Positions 22,843-34,110 of a stretch of 64,000 bases of DNA are shown here, in pieces (position 1 is the first letter of the stretch; every line of letters begins with the position of its first letter). This DNA is from Siniperca chuatsi. Lineage: Eukaryota. The notes under the pieces are model-generated. The model saw nothing but the letters and a program-made list of their open reading frames with translations. It did not search any database and was not told the origin of the DNA. The translations under genes and the position numbers were made by a program. The stretch is taken from NCBI RefSeq assembly GCF_020085105.1, contig NC_058054.1, forward strand, positions 6,931,595 to 6,995,594, written 5' to 3'.

Positions 22843-23402
22843 GTATGAGAATGTGCTTTTAGTAGTTTTCTCTGATATTCTACTAATTTATTACATTTAA
22901 AATTTAAACCCACAGTTGTTTTTGTCGTCTATGGCTGATGCAACACAATACCAATGAAGTATATTCCTAGTTAATGACAGCTCTTTGGTGCACCGAACAC
23001 TGTGTCTGTTAGTTCTTCACTGGGAAAAATCTTTCTGGTGCACAGGAAGTGAGAGAAGCATCAGCAGTTTGAAATAAACAAAAGCATTGGTTAGTTAGCT
23101 TGAGCAGTGATGTCCATCATGACTGAACAGGCAGAGCAAAGAGCAGCACCTACGGAAACTGAGACTTCAACAGAAAACGAGTAGTGAAAGATGTCACTGA
23201 ACTGCAGATACAGCCTGACAACTGAACTCAGGGAAGTGCAAAAACATCACAACAATACTGCTTCACACCAAAGATGCAGCCAAAAAAATTTTTTGAGGAA
23301 CAACCTATTTCTAAAAGAAAATTGTGCAAAAGCTTTTCGACATCTACTTGGATTAAAATACTCTGTTATATAATGTAACTGTTTCTGTGTCTGTGCATCC
23401 AG

Positions 23403-23694
23403 GCAGACCCTGTACACTGTTGCTCTGTTGGACCGTTACCGCAAAGCTCTGGAGACGGCCGTTCAGATCTCCTGTCGTTACAATGTGCCGCCACTCCCTG
23501 GACGGACCCTTATCGTGCTATCCACTAACATCAGGGATGATCAGACCTGGAATAAGAAACAGGGTTTCTGCCTCCCACCAGACCCCGAGCAAAAAAACAA
23601 TGATGAGAAAGAGGAGGAGGAGGAGGAAGAAGAAGAAGAGTCCGGGAGGAGAAGGAGGAAGAAAGAGCAGGAGGATGACAAGCTCAATGCTTCT
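23403..23694 (+). CDS. tep1: tep1 exon 13 (contains Glu11 tract)
   Basis: anchored on ORF 23428; acceptor gcatccag|, donor TCT|gtaagg; aa QTLYTVALLDRYRKALETAVQ...EKEEEEEEEEEEESGRRRRKKEQEDDKLNAS; aligns with human MLNRYRQALETAV. Confidence 0.8.
23619..23640 (+). repeat. tep1: coding (GAG/GAA)n tract encoding a Glu11 stretch in tep1 exon 13
   Basis: gaggaggaggaggaggaagaagaagaagag. Confidence 0.9.
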
Positions 23695-23848
23695 GTAAGG
23701 GCCTGTTTTCTTCTGATTAGCAATAACACAAAGGAAGACATATGAGCTATTTGACTTGAAATCGGACAACTCTAACCTAATTAGTGTTGTTTCAACTGTA
23801 TTTTGTTTTATTTTTTTTACTAATCTCTCCAATTTTACATTCTCTCAG

Positions 23849-24001
23849 ATGATGGAGGTGGCAGTTTTGCTCTCTCTGATGATTGGCAGCAGTGCCGAGG
23901 ACAGTCGGCTCTGCTTAGCTGGCTGGAGTCACTGTGAAGAAGTCACGCTGAAGTCTGATGTTCTTTTGGATAATGTCAGGACTGTGATGAAGCAAATAAA
24001 G
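23849..24001 (+). CDS. tep1: tep1 exon 14
   Basis: anchored on ORF 23756; acceptor tctctcag|, donor AAG|gtcagg; aa MMEVAVLLSLMIGSSAEDSRLCLAGWSHCEEVTLKSDVLLDNVRTVMKQIK. Confidence 0.75.
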
Positions 24002-24287
24002 GTCAGGGCTTTTTTTCTGTGGCATCCTTCTTGTGTTTCATGTAATGAAAATGTTTTTTCATTCTCTTTTAACATCTCATACCAGCATTCATTTTAGCAT
24101 TCATGAAGTGACGTACTTTAACATCTAATGAAGGAAAAAGTCTTAAAATGCCTCTAACTTCAAAAAAGTAAACTATGGATGGACACAACTGAATTTCTGC
24201 ATTGGTAGAACAACAGATGAGCTGTGTTTTGAAGACGTTTCTGTTCATTGAATTTGGCCTTTATTAATGAATACTTCTGTTTCACAG

Positions 24288-24359
24288 GCATGTTTAGACA
24301 GGTCACATGATGAAAAGGACAGCAATAACCTCTCCACAATGCTCACCAAGAAAAACAAG
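24288..24359 (+). CDS. tep1: tep1 exon 15
   Basis: anchored on ORF 24267; acceptor tttcacag|, donor AAG|gttagt; aa ACLDRSHDEKDSNNLSTMLTKKNK. Confidence 0.6.
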
Positions 24360-25456
24360 GTTAGTTTATTTGTACATATGCAGGTTATTTTCATATGTTT
24401 GGCCAATTATTCTCAGTTTTATGATTTAAAACAGAATGAGATCAGTGGTATTTAGGGGAGAGTCAAAAGGTAATTTATTAAGTGCCAATTATTTATTTTT
24501 CAAGTAGTATTGTGGATCTGAAATTTATTTTTCAAATAAATAATTTATTATTATGTCTTAAGTTTGCTTTTAAAAGCTTCTATGTTGAAACTGCCTAAAG
24601 GAGGGCAACAAATATCTTGAGATGGTTTTACAGTTAGAGAAGAGTTATAAGTGGTGTTAAGGAGGCATTTCTATGGTTTTAAAAGAAATGTTTTATAGAT
24701 ATGAAGCACCTAACTGAACTGGCTTGCAGCTCAGTCATGCACATTTATTAGACAACCGAGTCTGCAAAAGAGGAAGCTGTTCGGAAAAGAAATAGCAGCT
24801 GAAGTTTCGAGGTTTACACGTGTCCCTGTCGCCACCCACAGGCAAACAAAGTAATAGCTGCTGTAATTTGATTACTTAGCTACCTGCAGGCAATAAGTGT
24901 TAAACGTTTTTTGTTTTTTTTAGCTGTGGTCTTTCTGTGTCTTTGAGGTTTTACATTTAACACTCTACCTCCTGTTCCAATAAACAAGAGATATTTAAGT
25001 GATTTCAATAATACTTTGACTTGAACTGTGTGAATCTAACCTCTCCTCCCACTGTTACGTCTATGTACAAACAGCAGCTATGAAAAAAAGACACACTTGA
25101 GTTCAAATATTCTTTGCCTGCGGGGGGCACATGTTTCAGAATTGCAGCAGCTATTAAAGTACTTTCCTTGCATGTAGATGGCGCACATCTGCATATTAAC
25201 TCCTGCGGTTCTAAAATGCTGCTGCAAGGCGGCCTAATTTGGACTTGAACTACACATCCAAAAAACTGATCTGAAACTGCTAGCACTGTGGTTCTGCAAT
25301 TTAATGATATTTGCTGAGCCAATACCTGAGTTTCAGGTACATGTTACATCAATGACACTGTGTGTCTTTGTTGGACGGGTGAGATGACGTTGCTTTAGAT
25401 GACAGTACAAGATGCTTCCTTGTGATCCTTGACCTCCATATGCTTTTGTATTTTAG

Positions 25457-25578
25457 GTGGACAACATCATTGTGCTGACTGATGTCTGGATCTTGAATGA
25501 CATCGAGTGGCCCATCAACAACTACAGGAAGGAAATAAACAACAAAGCCCTCGTGGTGCAAATCTTCTTGTCAGAGGA
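25457..25578 (+). CDS. tep1: tep1 exon 16
   Basis: acceptor attttag|, donor GA|gtaatg; aa VDNIIVLTDVWILNDIEWPINNYRKEINNKALVVQIFLSE aligns with human VPVDRVILLGQSMDDGMINVAKQLYWQRVNSKCLFVGILL. Confidence 0.75.
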
Positions 25579-25858
25579 GTAATGTCCCAATTTGCTGCTG
25601 TAGCTGCTATTATTACTTTATCTCACAGACAGTATTGGGAAGCTAAAGTTGCACTCACACCAATCACAGTGACTTAAAATTGACCATGTCCTGTCTGTTT
25701 TTTTTTTCAGCATAGACAGGTACTTTTATATATTTGTTTAACTTGCAAAAATGTACAGTAGACATATTTAGAGCCACAAACTAACATTTACTGACATTTA
25801 GCTTTCAGCTTGTTTCTTTTTTCCTGAATGCATTTATTTTTGTACTGACTACTTGCAG

Positions 25859-25924
25859 AGACCCGCAGCACATCTCTGACAGGAACTGTGTGAAGCTGAC
25901 AGGCTTCAGTGAACAAATGCTGAG
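25859..25924 (+). CDS. tep1: tep1 exon 17
   Basis: acceptor acttgcag|, donor AG|gtaaaa; aa (E)DPQHISDRNCVKLTGFSEQML. Confidence 0.7.
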
Positions 25925-26149
25925 GTAAAATGTCATTTTCATCCAAAAAAAGATTTATATAATTTCTATAAAGAATTTTTAACCCAATGGCACTTCAAAG
26001 CAAACTCTTCGCTTTCTGATTATGATATATTGATAAAGGTAGGAACTTATTCATTTATTGTTTTAAGGAGTTCAACATGTTAGGAAATATGCTTGTGTGC
26101 TTTTTTGCCAAAAGTTAAATGAGAAGATCAATACCACTCTTATATCTGT

Positions 26150-26640
26150 CTGTTAGATATGAAGCTGGAGCCAGCAGCTAGTTACCTTAGCTTAGTACGA
26201 AGACTGGAAACATGGGGGAAACAGTTAGTCTGGCTAGTTCACCGACCAGCACCTCTACAGCTCAATAATTAACACGGTACATCTTGTTTCTTAAATCAGT
26301 ACAAAAAATTAAGTGTAAAAACAACCTGGAAGTCAGGGTCCTGGCCAAGAAATAGTCCAGCACATAACTCCCCATAAAATGTAGAATTGTCATTTTTACA
26401 CTTCCATTTTCATACAGATTAAACAAACAAGATATAACATGCTAACTGGTGAGCTTCAGAGGTGCTGGTAGGTAGATTTTGTTACCTTTGGGCAGAACCA
26501 GACTAGCTGTTTTCCCCCCTGCTTTCAGTCTTTATGCTAAGCTAAGCTAATCAGCTGCTGGCTGAAGCTTCATAGTTATCCTACAGACATGAGACTGGTA
26601 TCAATCTTCTCAACTAACTCTCGATAAGAAAGTGAATGAC
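26150..26640 (+). repeat. interspersed repeat family C copy 1 (hallmark gtctttatgctaagctaagctaatcagctg)
   Basis: matches 47690-47960 (atgaagctggagccagcag..., tgtcatttttacactt..., ccagtctttatgctaagctaagctaa.cagctg..., tatcaatcttct). Confidence 0.7.
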
Positions 26641-26685
26641 TGTATTTCCCATTATGTTTAACTATTTCTTTAACTATATGACCAG

Positions 26686-26829
26686 GTTTGTGGCAGAACG
26701 AGGATCATCCAGGCTGCTGGACCATGTGGAGCATTTAGACAAACTGCACAACATTCCACCGCCAGAGGGAGCCAAAGGCCCTCAGACCACAAACAATGTC
26801 GTCCCAATACCAGCCAGCCCCAATTTAAG
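26686..26829 (+). CDS. tep1: tep1 exon 18
   Basis: anchored on ORF 26636; aa (R)FVAERGSSRLLDHVEHLDKLHNIPPPEGAKGPQTT...PNL aligns with human FIAEHGASHLLEHVGQMDKIFKIPPPPG. Confidence 0.8.
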
Positions 26830-26914
26830 GTAATTTTTATTTTGTGGCAAAGAAGCAATTATGGGCAGTTTTCTAATTTTATGTTTAATGTTGAACTCCT
26901 ACCTCTCTCCTCAG

Positions 26915-27206
26915 GTGGCGAGGTATACGTGTGTTTATCTCCTCCACCTTCAGAGACATGCACGCTGAGCGCGACATCTTGGTGTGGAGTGTGTTCCCAG
27001 AACTCCGGCGTCGTGCTGCGTCACACTGCCTCTACCTGCAGGAGGTGGAGCTGCGTTGGGGTGTGACAGAGGAGGAGTCGGGGCGGGCCACTGAGCTGTG
27101 CCTGTCAGAGGTGTGTCGCAGCCAAATGATGGTAGGAATCCTTGGGGAGAGGTACGGCTTGGTGCCTCCCAAACCTGTCCTCCCTGACCTGCCGCAGTAC
27201 AGCTGG
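26915..27206 (+). CDS. tep1: tep1 exon 19
   Basis: anchored on ORF 26931; aa [20 protein letters not shown]...LRWGVTEEESGRA...VGILGERYGLVPP...PQYSW, near-identical motifs to human [20 protein letters not shown]...LRWGVTEEET; donor TGG|gtaaga. Confidence 0.9.
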
Positions 27207-27654
27207 GTAAGACATATTATGAAATAAAATTAAAGAATGAATAAGTAGAGCTGTGTACACAATGTGCTCAGAGCTACTTGAATATATAAGTGAAGTACTG
27301 ATGCTTTATTCAGGGCAAGAACCTATTTTATTTAGATTGGGATTAAAATTGGCTCACTTTAATTCTCCAGGCAAGTGCAGAACAAACAGAAAATGATTCA
27401 AAGAGAACTCCTCATACTGCACTATTTTCCCATGAGGGTTCATTTTTACAGTTATGAGCCTTAAAGGGACAGTTAACCCCAAAATCAAAAATACATATTT
27501 TTCCTCTTACCTGTAGTGCTATCTATCCATCTACATTGTTTTGGTGTGAGTTGCTGAGTTTAGGAGATATCGGCTGTAGAAATGTCTGCATTTTTTAATT
27601 TAATGGGACTAAATGGCACTCGGCTTCTGGCGCTCAAAGCGAAAAACTCAACAG

Positions 27655-27815
27655 AAATGTCTCTTTCCAGAAATTATGACCCGGTTACTCAAGACAATCC
27701 ACAGATTTGTTGTGAGCAGTTTTATGTAGGAACTGGTAGAAAGAAAATTGTTCCTACATGAAACTGAAACAACAAATCTGTGGATTATCTTGAGGAACCC
27801 GGTCATGATTTCTGA
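27655..27815. repeat. about 50-bp perfect or near-perfect inverted repeat (hairpin) element
   Basis: ccagaaattatgacccggttactcaagacaatccacagatttgttg ... caacaaatctgtggattatcttgaggaacccggtcatgatttctg; arms reverse-complementary, about 45-nt spacer; MITE/foldback-like. Confidence 0.6.
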
Positions 27816-28359
27816 AAAGAGACTGACAATGTCCCTTTTTTAAATTTGATTCTTCGCATCTTACATAAGAAAAATGAACTAATCACAATCTTGAAGGGAC
27901 ATTAAATAATCTGATATTTACTGATTTCTACCTGCAACCTGTAGGATTTAAATTTGTTCAATGTAAGTCTCCTAATGCAGTCTCTGGCTTGTTAGCCTTT
28001 GTTGCTGAAATGTGTTGTGAAACTAGTCACCTGTTGCATCATAGATCATTTAAAAATGAGAGAAAATGGTGCAATAATTATCCTGAAACACAAGTAGCAT
28101 TCAGAAACTGAAAATTATTATTTAAAGGTAGAAATGTCATCGACTGGTGAAGTAACTATTATGTTATTGTTAGTGATCAACAGGCCAATCAGACCTTTGT
28201 AGAAATATTTTGGTGAGTTTGTGATATAGGGCATGAAAAATCAAACTACTTTTAATACTTTAAAGTGAAAGAGAATGGTGTCTGTTCTTAAATGTGAATT
28301 TTAATTTAAAATATTCATTAAAATATTGAAAGAACCATAATTGCGTTGTTTGTTTGCAG

Positions 28360-28481
28360 CTGGCGTCGGCCCCTGCAGGCCTGTCCATCACAGAGATGGA
28401 GATCCGTCAGTTCCAGGCTCTTTACCCCGACACAGCACACCAGCGAATGTTCTGCTACTTCAGAGATCCAAACATCACCAA
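28360..28481 (+). CDS. tep1: tep1 exon 20
   Basis: acceptor gtttgcag|, donor AA|gtatgc; aa LASAPAGLSITEMEIRQFQALYPDTAHQRMFCYFRDPNIT aligns with human RSVTEMEVMQFLNRNQ...ALIYFRDSSF. Confidence 0.8.
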
Positions 28482-28732
28482 GTATGCAATCCATGCTGAC
28501 ATTCACATGTGACAGTTTGTCTAAACTTTTTATACTCTTTAAGTGTGAATAAATTAGTCACTTTAATGAATTACTAACTCCTTCCAATTCATTTTAAAAA
28601 TGGCATAGGATGTAGATGTTTTTGTGTATAATATTTGTGATTCTATTAAGTCGGTTTCAATGCTGTAATACTACACAGTTTGCTTGAAAACCATTTAATG
28701 TTTGAATTTCATTTTCCTCCGTTGTTTTTCAG

Positions 28733-28846
28733 ATCAGTTCCGGTGGCTTGGAGATCTGACTTTGTTCCTGAATCAAAGGAGGCCGAGTCTAAAATGGCCT
28801 CTCTGAAAAGAAGGATCCGGGCCAGTGAAGTCAAGGTCACTGAAAA
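28733..28846 (+). CDS. tep1: tep1 exon 21
   Basis: acceptor gtttttcag|, donor AA|gtgagt; aa (K)SVPVAWRSDFVPESKEAESKMASLKRRIRASEVKVTE aligns with human SSVPDAWKSDFVSESEEAA. Confidence 0.8.
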
Positions 28847-29078
28847 GTGAGTCATCTTGGTCATATCCTTACGGCACTGAAGTTGTGGTACTAAAACAAT
28901 AGTTCACGATTACTTTTACGGTACTACTCAGACTTTTATTTGAAAAGTATTTGTTAGACCTAATCTGTGTTTTTCAGTATTGACTGGTGAAGTACAATAT
29001 TCTTAAAAAACTAGCATTCTGAAATTAAACCACTGAAATTAATTAGTTGAGCCTACTTGTCTGTTTTTTCTGTCATAG

Positions 29079-29196
29079 TTACCCATGTGAGTGGGGAGGC
29101 GTTGTGGAGGGAAACCCATATCTGAAAAACCTGGAGGACTTTGGCAAGGCCGTGTTGGAAGACCTGTGGATGGCTGTAGTAAAGCAGTTTGTGGAA
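29079..29196 (+). CDS. tep1: tep1 exon 22 (alternative in-frame donor at 29178)
   Basis: anchored on ORF 29047; aa (N)[39 protein letters not shown] aligns with human [41 protein letters not shown]; donors GAA|gttagt (29197) or GTA|gtaaag (29179). Confidence 0.75.
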
Positions 29197-29823
29197 GTTA
29201 GTTACTCTGACAATTCAATCAATTTCATTTCCAAACTTCTCATTAACCAAACATAGCTATGTGAAACCAGTGGTGGTAGAAGTTATCAAATCATTTACTT
29301 AAGAAAAAGTAGCAATACCACACTACAAAAATACTCCATAACAAGTCCTGCTTTCAAAATTTACTAAAGTAAAAGTATTAACAACAAAATGTACTTTACG
29401 TACTTTATGTATCAAAAGTAAAAGTACTTATTATGCAGAATGGCCCAGGTCAGTGTTGTATTATGATAGTATTGGATCATTATTAATTATGTATAAATAT
29501 GTAATATATGTAACAAATTAAATTTTGTAGTTTGTCGAGGTGGAACAATTTTAACTTCTTCAAATACTGTTGGGTAGTTTAATCTATAATAATGTATCTT
29601 TTATAAACTGGTCCAACAAGTCTATATGCTTTGTATGTAAAATATTAATCTGAAAAGTAGTGGAATAAAAAATACAATATTTCCCTCTAAAATGTAGTGG
29701 AGTAGAAGTATAAAATACCCTAAGATAGAAATACTCTTTCTACCGCTGTGTGAAACCACTAAAGTTACAAACTTTACAAACAGTAGATGACAAATAAACA
29801 CCTCATTATTCTGCATCTGGCAG

Positions 29824-30012
29824 GAGGATGACGGGGCAGAGGCTGTGTCCGATGTGACTGAGCAGGAGGTGCACCAGGGGGCGCTGCAGAGGCAGTTCTT
29901 CGGCAGGGCAAAGCTGCTGTTCGGGGCCTTCGAGACCGTGGAGCAGGTCCAGACCAAAGGAGGGATGATGGTGGTGGAGGGAGGACCTGGCGAGGGCAAA
30001 ACTGTCTTCATG
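29824..30012 (+). CDS. tep1: tep1 exon 23 (NACHT Walker A / P-loop GGPGEGKT)
   Basis: anchored on ORF 29845; acceptor ctggcag|, donor ATG|gtaaat; aa ...VQTKGGMMVVEGGPGEGKTVFM aligns with human LVTGQSGQGKTAFL. Confidence 0.9.
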
Positions 30013-30289
30013 GTAAATTTCTTAAAGGAATTTTATTCTATTCTTCAGGAATTTTAACATGTTGATTACATGTATACAGCTGGATCCGTATAGGAGTTTG
30101 GACAAAATAAAGGAAACACCACATGAAGGCTTGCTTGTTCTTCAAAAGCTCCAAATGTAGGAGAGACACTGACATGCCTGATTATCATTACTCCGATTAA
30201 ATTATTTTTTTTTCATTCAACTCTCAAGATTAGCTGTTAGATGTGTTGTTGTGTTTTTGAACATGGTGGAGTTTGATTTGACATGCAGT

Positions 30290-30700
30290 GAAGTTCTGCA
30301 TGGTTTCATATATGGCTGCAACTAACGATTACTTTCATTATTAATTCATCTTTCAATTATTTTCTGGATTAACTGATTAATTGTTTGTTTTATGAAATGT
30401 CAGGAACTTGTTAAAAAAACTGCCTGTTACAATTTCTCAGAACCCAAGATGACATCTTGAAATGTCTTATTTTGTCCAACCAAGAGTCCATAAGCCAAAG
30501 ATTTAGTTTACAGTGATATTAAGCCAAAAAACATTGCAAATCCTCACATTGGAGAAGCTGGATTTTTAGCATTTTTGCTTGAAAAATTTGATTAGAAAAT
30601 TTAGAATTTGAAGAGTTACTCGATTATCTAAACAGTTACTGATGAATTTTCTGTTGATCAACTAATCCGTTAAGCACCACAAACTAAATCCTCAAAAATC
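30290..30700 (+). repeat. MITE-like repeat family B copy (tep1 intron)
   Basis: ggctgcaactaacgattactttcattattaattcatc...gacatcttgaaatgtcttattttgtccaaccaagagtccataagccaaagatttagtttac...aaatcctcacattggagaagctg. Confidence 0.65.
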
Positions 30701-30904
30701 ATCATAAATTTGAATCAGCACGTCTCTAAAACAGTTTCAACAAAAACATCATAACCTTAAACCTCCCTTAAATGTAGGATTTATTACAGGACTGTTGTAT
30801 TAGACTTCACTAGTTTTAGCTAGGTGTACCTAATAAACTGGCAACTGAGTGTAAATTCTCTACATGGGTAACATTACTACCTATATGTATCTCTCTCCAC
30901 ACAG

Positions 30905-31092
30905 GCTGCTCTAGCAGACACCCTCAGGACTGGAGTTAAGTCCAGGACAAAGCTTGTCTGTGATGTCATCTCCTACTCTACAGCTGCCAGCCAATCAGCA
31001 CGCTGTGTGGAAAACCTGCTTCGATGCCTCGTTCAGTGCTTGAGGAAGATGAAAGATACTGAGGAGGAATCACCTCTTCCCCATTCTTACAA
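30905..31092 (+). CDS. tep1: tep1 exon 24 (NACHT)
   Basis: acceptor ccacacag|, donor AA|gtaggt; aa AALADTLRTGVKSRTKLVCDVISYSTAASQSARCVENLLRCLVQCLRKMKDTEEESPLPHSY. Confidence 0.75.
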
Positions 31093-31193
31093 GTAGGTAG
31101 ATTGTGAATTGTCCTTAAAATAGATTTACAGGTACGTCATATTGTATACGCACTAACAGCTGTTGCCTTTCCTTTAATTATTTTTGATCACAG

Positions 31194-31335
31194 AGATTTG
31201 CTGTCAGAATTTCACTCCAGTTTGAGTGACATGAAGAAGAAAAAACCTCTTGTGCTGCTGGTTGATGGGGTGGATCTTGTCCGAGATGGCAGAGGTCAGC
31301 TCAGCTCTGATTGGATACCACAGCAGCTTCCACAG
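31194..31335 (+). CDS. tep1: tep1 exon 25 (NACHT Walker B region LVLLVDGVD)
   Basis: acceptor gatcacag|, donor CAG|gtccgt; aa (K)DLLSEFHSSLSDMKKKKPLVLLVDGVDLVRDGRGQLSSDWIPQQLPQ aligns with human QVLIIDGADRLVDQNGQLISDWIPKKLPR. Confidence 0.85.
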
Positions 31336-31620
31336 GTCCGTTACACTGGTTAGAAAATTGAGGGAAAACGCACACCCATTCTTGTGAGGTGCTGGCTTGC
31401 GGACATAAAGATGAATTTATTTCAACTCAGTAAGATCGACATTTCTTCAAACTGCCGAAACGTTGATCTTTATAAGTTCACATGGTTTGGTTGTAGGACA
31501 AAAGAAATACTATCTGAATTTTTACCTCCATCTCTCCATGTATATGTATTAGGGATTAGTGGTTGAATTTATAGGCATTGGTCTGCTACAGTAAAACTCA
31601 GATTCTCTTTTTCTTGTCAG

Positions 31621-31800
31621 GGTGTTTGTTTGGTAGTGAGCATCACATCCAAAGCAGCACTGCTACAAACCCTGGCCAAGAAAAGAAGCACTGTCCTGTT
31701 TGCCCTGGGACAGCTTACCATGCCGGACCGGAAGGAGATAGTTCAGAAGGGACTGGACACCTTCGGGAAGAAACTCAGTGACTCTGCATTCAACAACCAG
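31621..31800 (+). CDS. tep1: tep1 exon 26
   Basis: anchored on ORF 31630; acceptor cttgtcag|, donor CAG|gttctt; aa GVCLVVSITSKAALLQTLAKKRSTVLFALGQLTMPDRKEIVQKGLDTFGKKLSDSAFNNQ aligns with human ...LEESPFNNQ. Confidence 0.8.
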
Positions 31801-31954
31801 GTTCTTGTTATATGTTTTGCACTGTAGACTAGCAGTGTTCACATTTTTTGTGAGTCTCCAAATTCTGGAGTTTTCCCTACAGAGTATAATCAACGTGTAG
31901 TTAATGTTTTCTTTGTTATTTTTTCCTAAAACTATGGTGTGTCTGCTTGTCCAG

Positions 31955-32047
31955 CTCCAGACGCTGGTAATGAAGAAGGGAGCAGGGAGTCCTCTCTACC
32001 TGCACCTGGCCTGTGAAGACCTGAGGAACTTTGCCTCCTTTGATAAG
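31955..32047 (+). CDS. tep1: tep1 exon 27
   Basis: acceptor cttgtccag|, donor AAG|gtacat; aa LQTLVMKKGAGSPLYLHLACEDLRNFASFDK aligns with human MRLLLVKRESGRPLYLRLVTDHLRLFTLYEQ. Confidence 0.8.
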
Positions 32048-32916
32048 GTACATATAAAATGTTTCTGACAATATTAAAACAAGACTAAGCCATGCTAGCG
32101 ACTCTGTGAGACAATACTTGAGCTAAATGCTCACATCAGCATGCTATGATGATGTTTAGCAGGTATAGTGTGTGAGCATGCTAACATTTGCTAATCAGCA
32201 CTACATATAAAGTACAGCTGAGGCTGAAAGATGGTGCACTCAATACAGATGAACTGTATTTGAAGACTTATATATGACGTATGTTAATGTTCATGTACTT
32301 ACTATGAAGATACTGAGGTTGTTTTGTTTTCCTGTCTTGTTTTGCTTTTTCATTATGATTGTGGGTCTTTGTTTTGTTGATGTGGGAAGTGTATATGATG
32401 TAGATTGTATATATTGGGTAATCTAAATAAAATCTTTTTAAAAAGTACAAGTGAGGCTTATGTGAATGCCATTAGTTTTGCATGTATTTGATCATAAACC
32501 AGAGTATTGGACAAAATAAAATTTTGACCTGATAATGAAATGAAAGATATTTAAATAAAAACTAAAATGTCAACCTCATGCAGGTCAAGTAAACTTTGAC
32601 CTGCTGGTGGCGCTAGAAGAAACGTCACAGGATCACCACAGTCCTCATAATTAATCCTTTAGGGACCTTTAATATCAGTAGCAAATTTCATGGCAATCTT
32701 TCCAATACTTGTTGAGTTATTTCAGTCTGGACCAAAGTGGTGGCCCGATCCAGCCGACACACTGGCAGACTGACGTTTCCGCTAGCATGGCTAAAAAGGA
32801 TACAATGTACAGTACATGACAGCTGCTGACATAATGATTGATGAAAGGAAGATTTCAGTTTATTTTTGAATGTACAGTATATTGTTGCAGTATTCTTCTA
32901 TGTCTTTGTGTCTTAG

Positions 32917-33052
32917 TTGAAGGAGAGCCTCCAGGGCTTGCCTCAGTCTCTGAGTCAGTTGGTGCACCACAGCCTGGACAGACTCTGCTCGCAGTACAGA
33001 GGCATGCTGGGACTCCGCTGGGCCCTGGCGGCACTCACTGTCAGCACCACTG
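32917..33052 (+). CDS. tep1: tep1 exon 28
   Basis: anchored on ORF 32838 (frame offset); acceptor gtgtcttag|, donor G|gtaaga; aa LKESLQGLPQSLSQLVHHSLDRLCSQYRGMLGLRWALAALTVSTT. Confidence 0.75.
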
Positions 33053-33231
33053 GTAAGATGAGTCAAGTTTTTAGCGTTATTTTTTAACCTTTTATGGAGT
33101 GCTACATTGGGTTAATTGGTAGGAAGTCCAATACAGCGAGTGCTAGAATATTTAAAGGGATGTTATAACCAAAGCGGTAATTTGCTTAATTGTCTTTGGT
33201 TGCCTCAACATTTTCTCCTCTTGATCGACAG

Positions 33232-33391
33232 GTCTGAGGGAGAGAGACTTGTACTCTGTACTAAACACATGCAATGACCTATCCTCACGCGACGGACAGG
33301 TCACATGGCAGCAAGTAAGGCATTTGTCCAGGAAGCCCAAAGGACGCATTCCCATGGCAATGTTCACCCGCATAGTGCAGAGTATACAAAG
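33232..33391 (+). CDS. tep1: tep1 exon 29
   Basis: anchored on ORF 33249; acceptor gatcgacag|, donor AG|gtatga; aa (G)LRERDLYSVLNTCNDLSSRDGQVTWQQVRHLSRKPKGRIPMAMFTRIVQSIQ aligns with human GLTVDQLHGVLS. Confidence 0.75.
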
Positions 33392-33879
33392 GTATGAATG
33401 TGAATATATGCGATTTTTGAAAAATCCACCACTGGGAAAAATCTTATTATCTCATTATCTGGGACAACAATCTCCCCCAGTTGACTTTGGTTGCTTGTCA
33501 AAATTCATCTCTGACAAGCTGATAAAATGATAAAATCTCAAAGTAAGTGTAGCAAAGGTCTGTTTTTATCTTTACTCTCTTGCACTATAATTTACAGTAA
33601 TGTTAGTTTGTTTTACTTTAGGATTTCAGGTTTTTTTTCAATACATATTGCTCTTTTCACTAAAATTGAATACAGTAAACAGATTAATATTTGATCACCG
33701 TTTTGACAACCAAAAGGGTTTATACTGATTGTGTGCTTTTATATTTCCTCCATGTTAAAGGGAACACACATTTTGGAGAAAACTGTTTGTTTAGATATAG
33801 TATACTGAGGTGGGTAGATTATACACAACAATCCTAAAGGAGGAAGAGATAGTAAACGTATTTGGATCCTTATCTGCAG

Positions 33880-34013
33880 TCTGATTGGTCCGTCTCATTG
33901 CCACGACACTGACGACCTGCTGGCTCTAACCAATCCGGAGGTGAGGAAGGCCTTTGAAGACTTTCTCCTCCCAACAGAAAGTGACAGAACCAGAGCTCAC
34001 CTCGTACTGGCAG
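33880..34013 (+). CDS. tep1: tep1 exon 30
   Basis: acceptor tatctgcag|, donor G|gtaaag; aa (S)LIGPSHCHDTDDLLALTNPEVRKAFEDFLLPTESDRTRAHLVLA. Confidence 0.7.
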
Positions 34014-34110
34014 GTAAAGTACACACAGTCTGTTTTAATACAGTATAAGCAAGTATAAGTCACTGTATATTTTAATTAGTCTTGTATCACTATACTGTCT
34101 CTGTATACAG

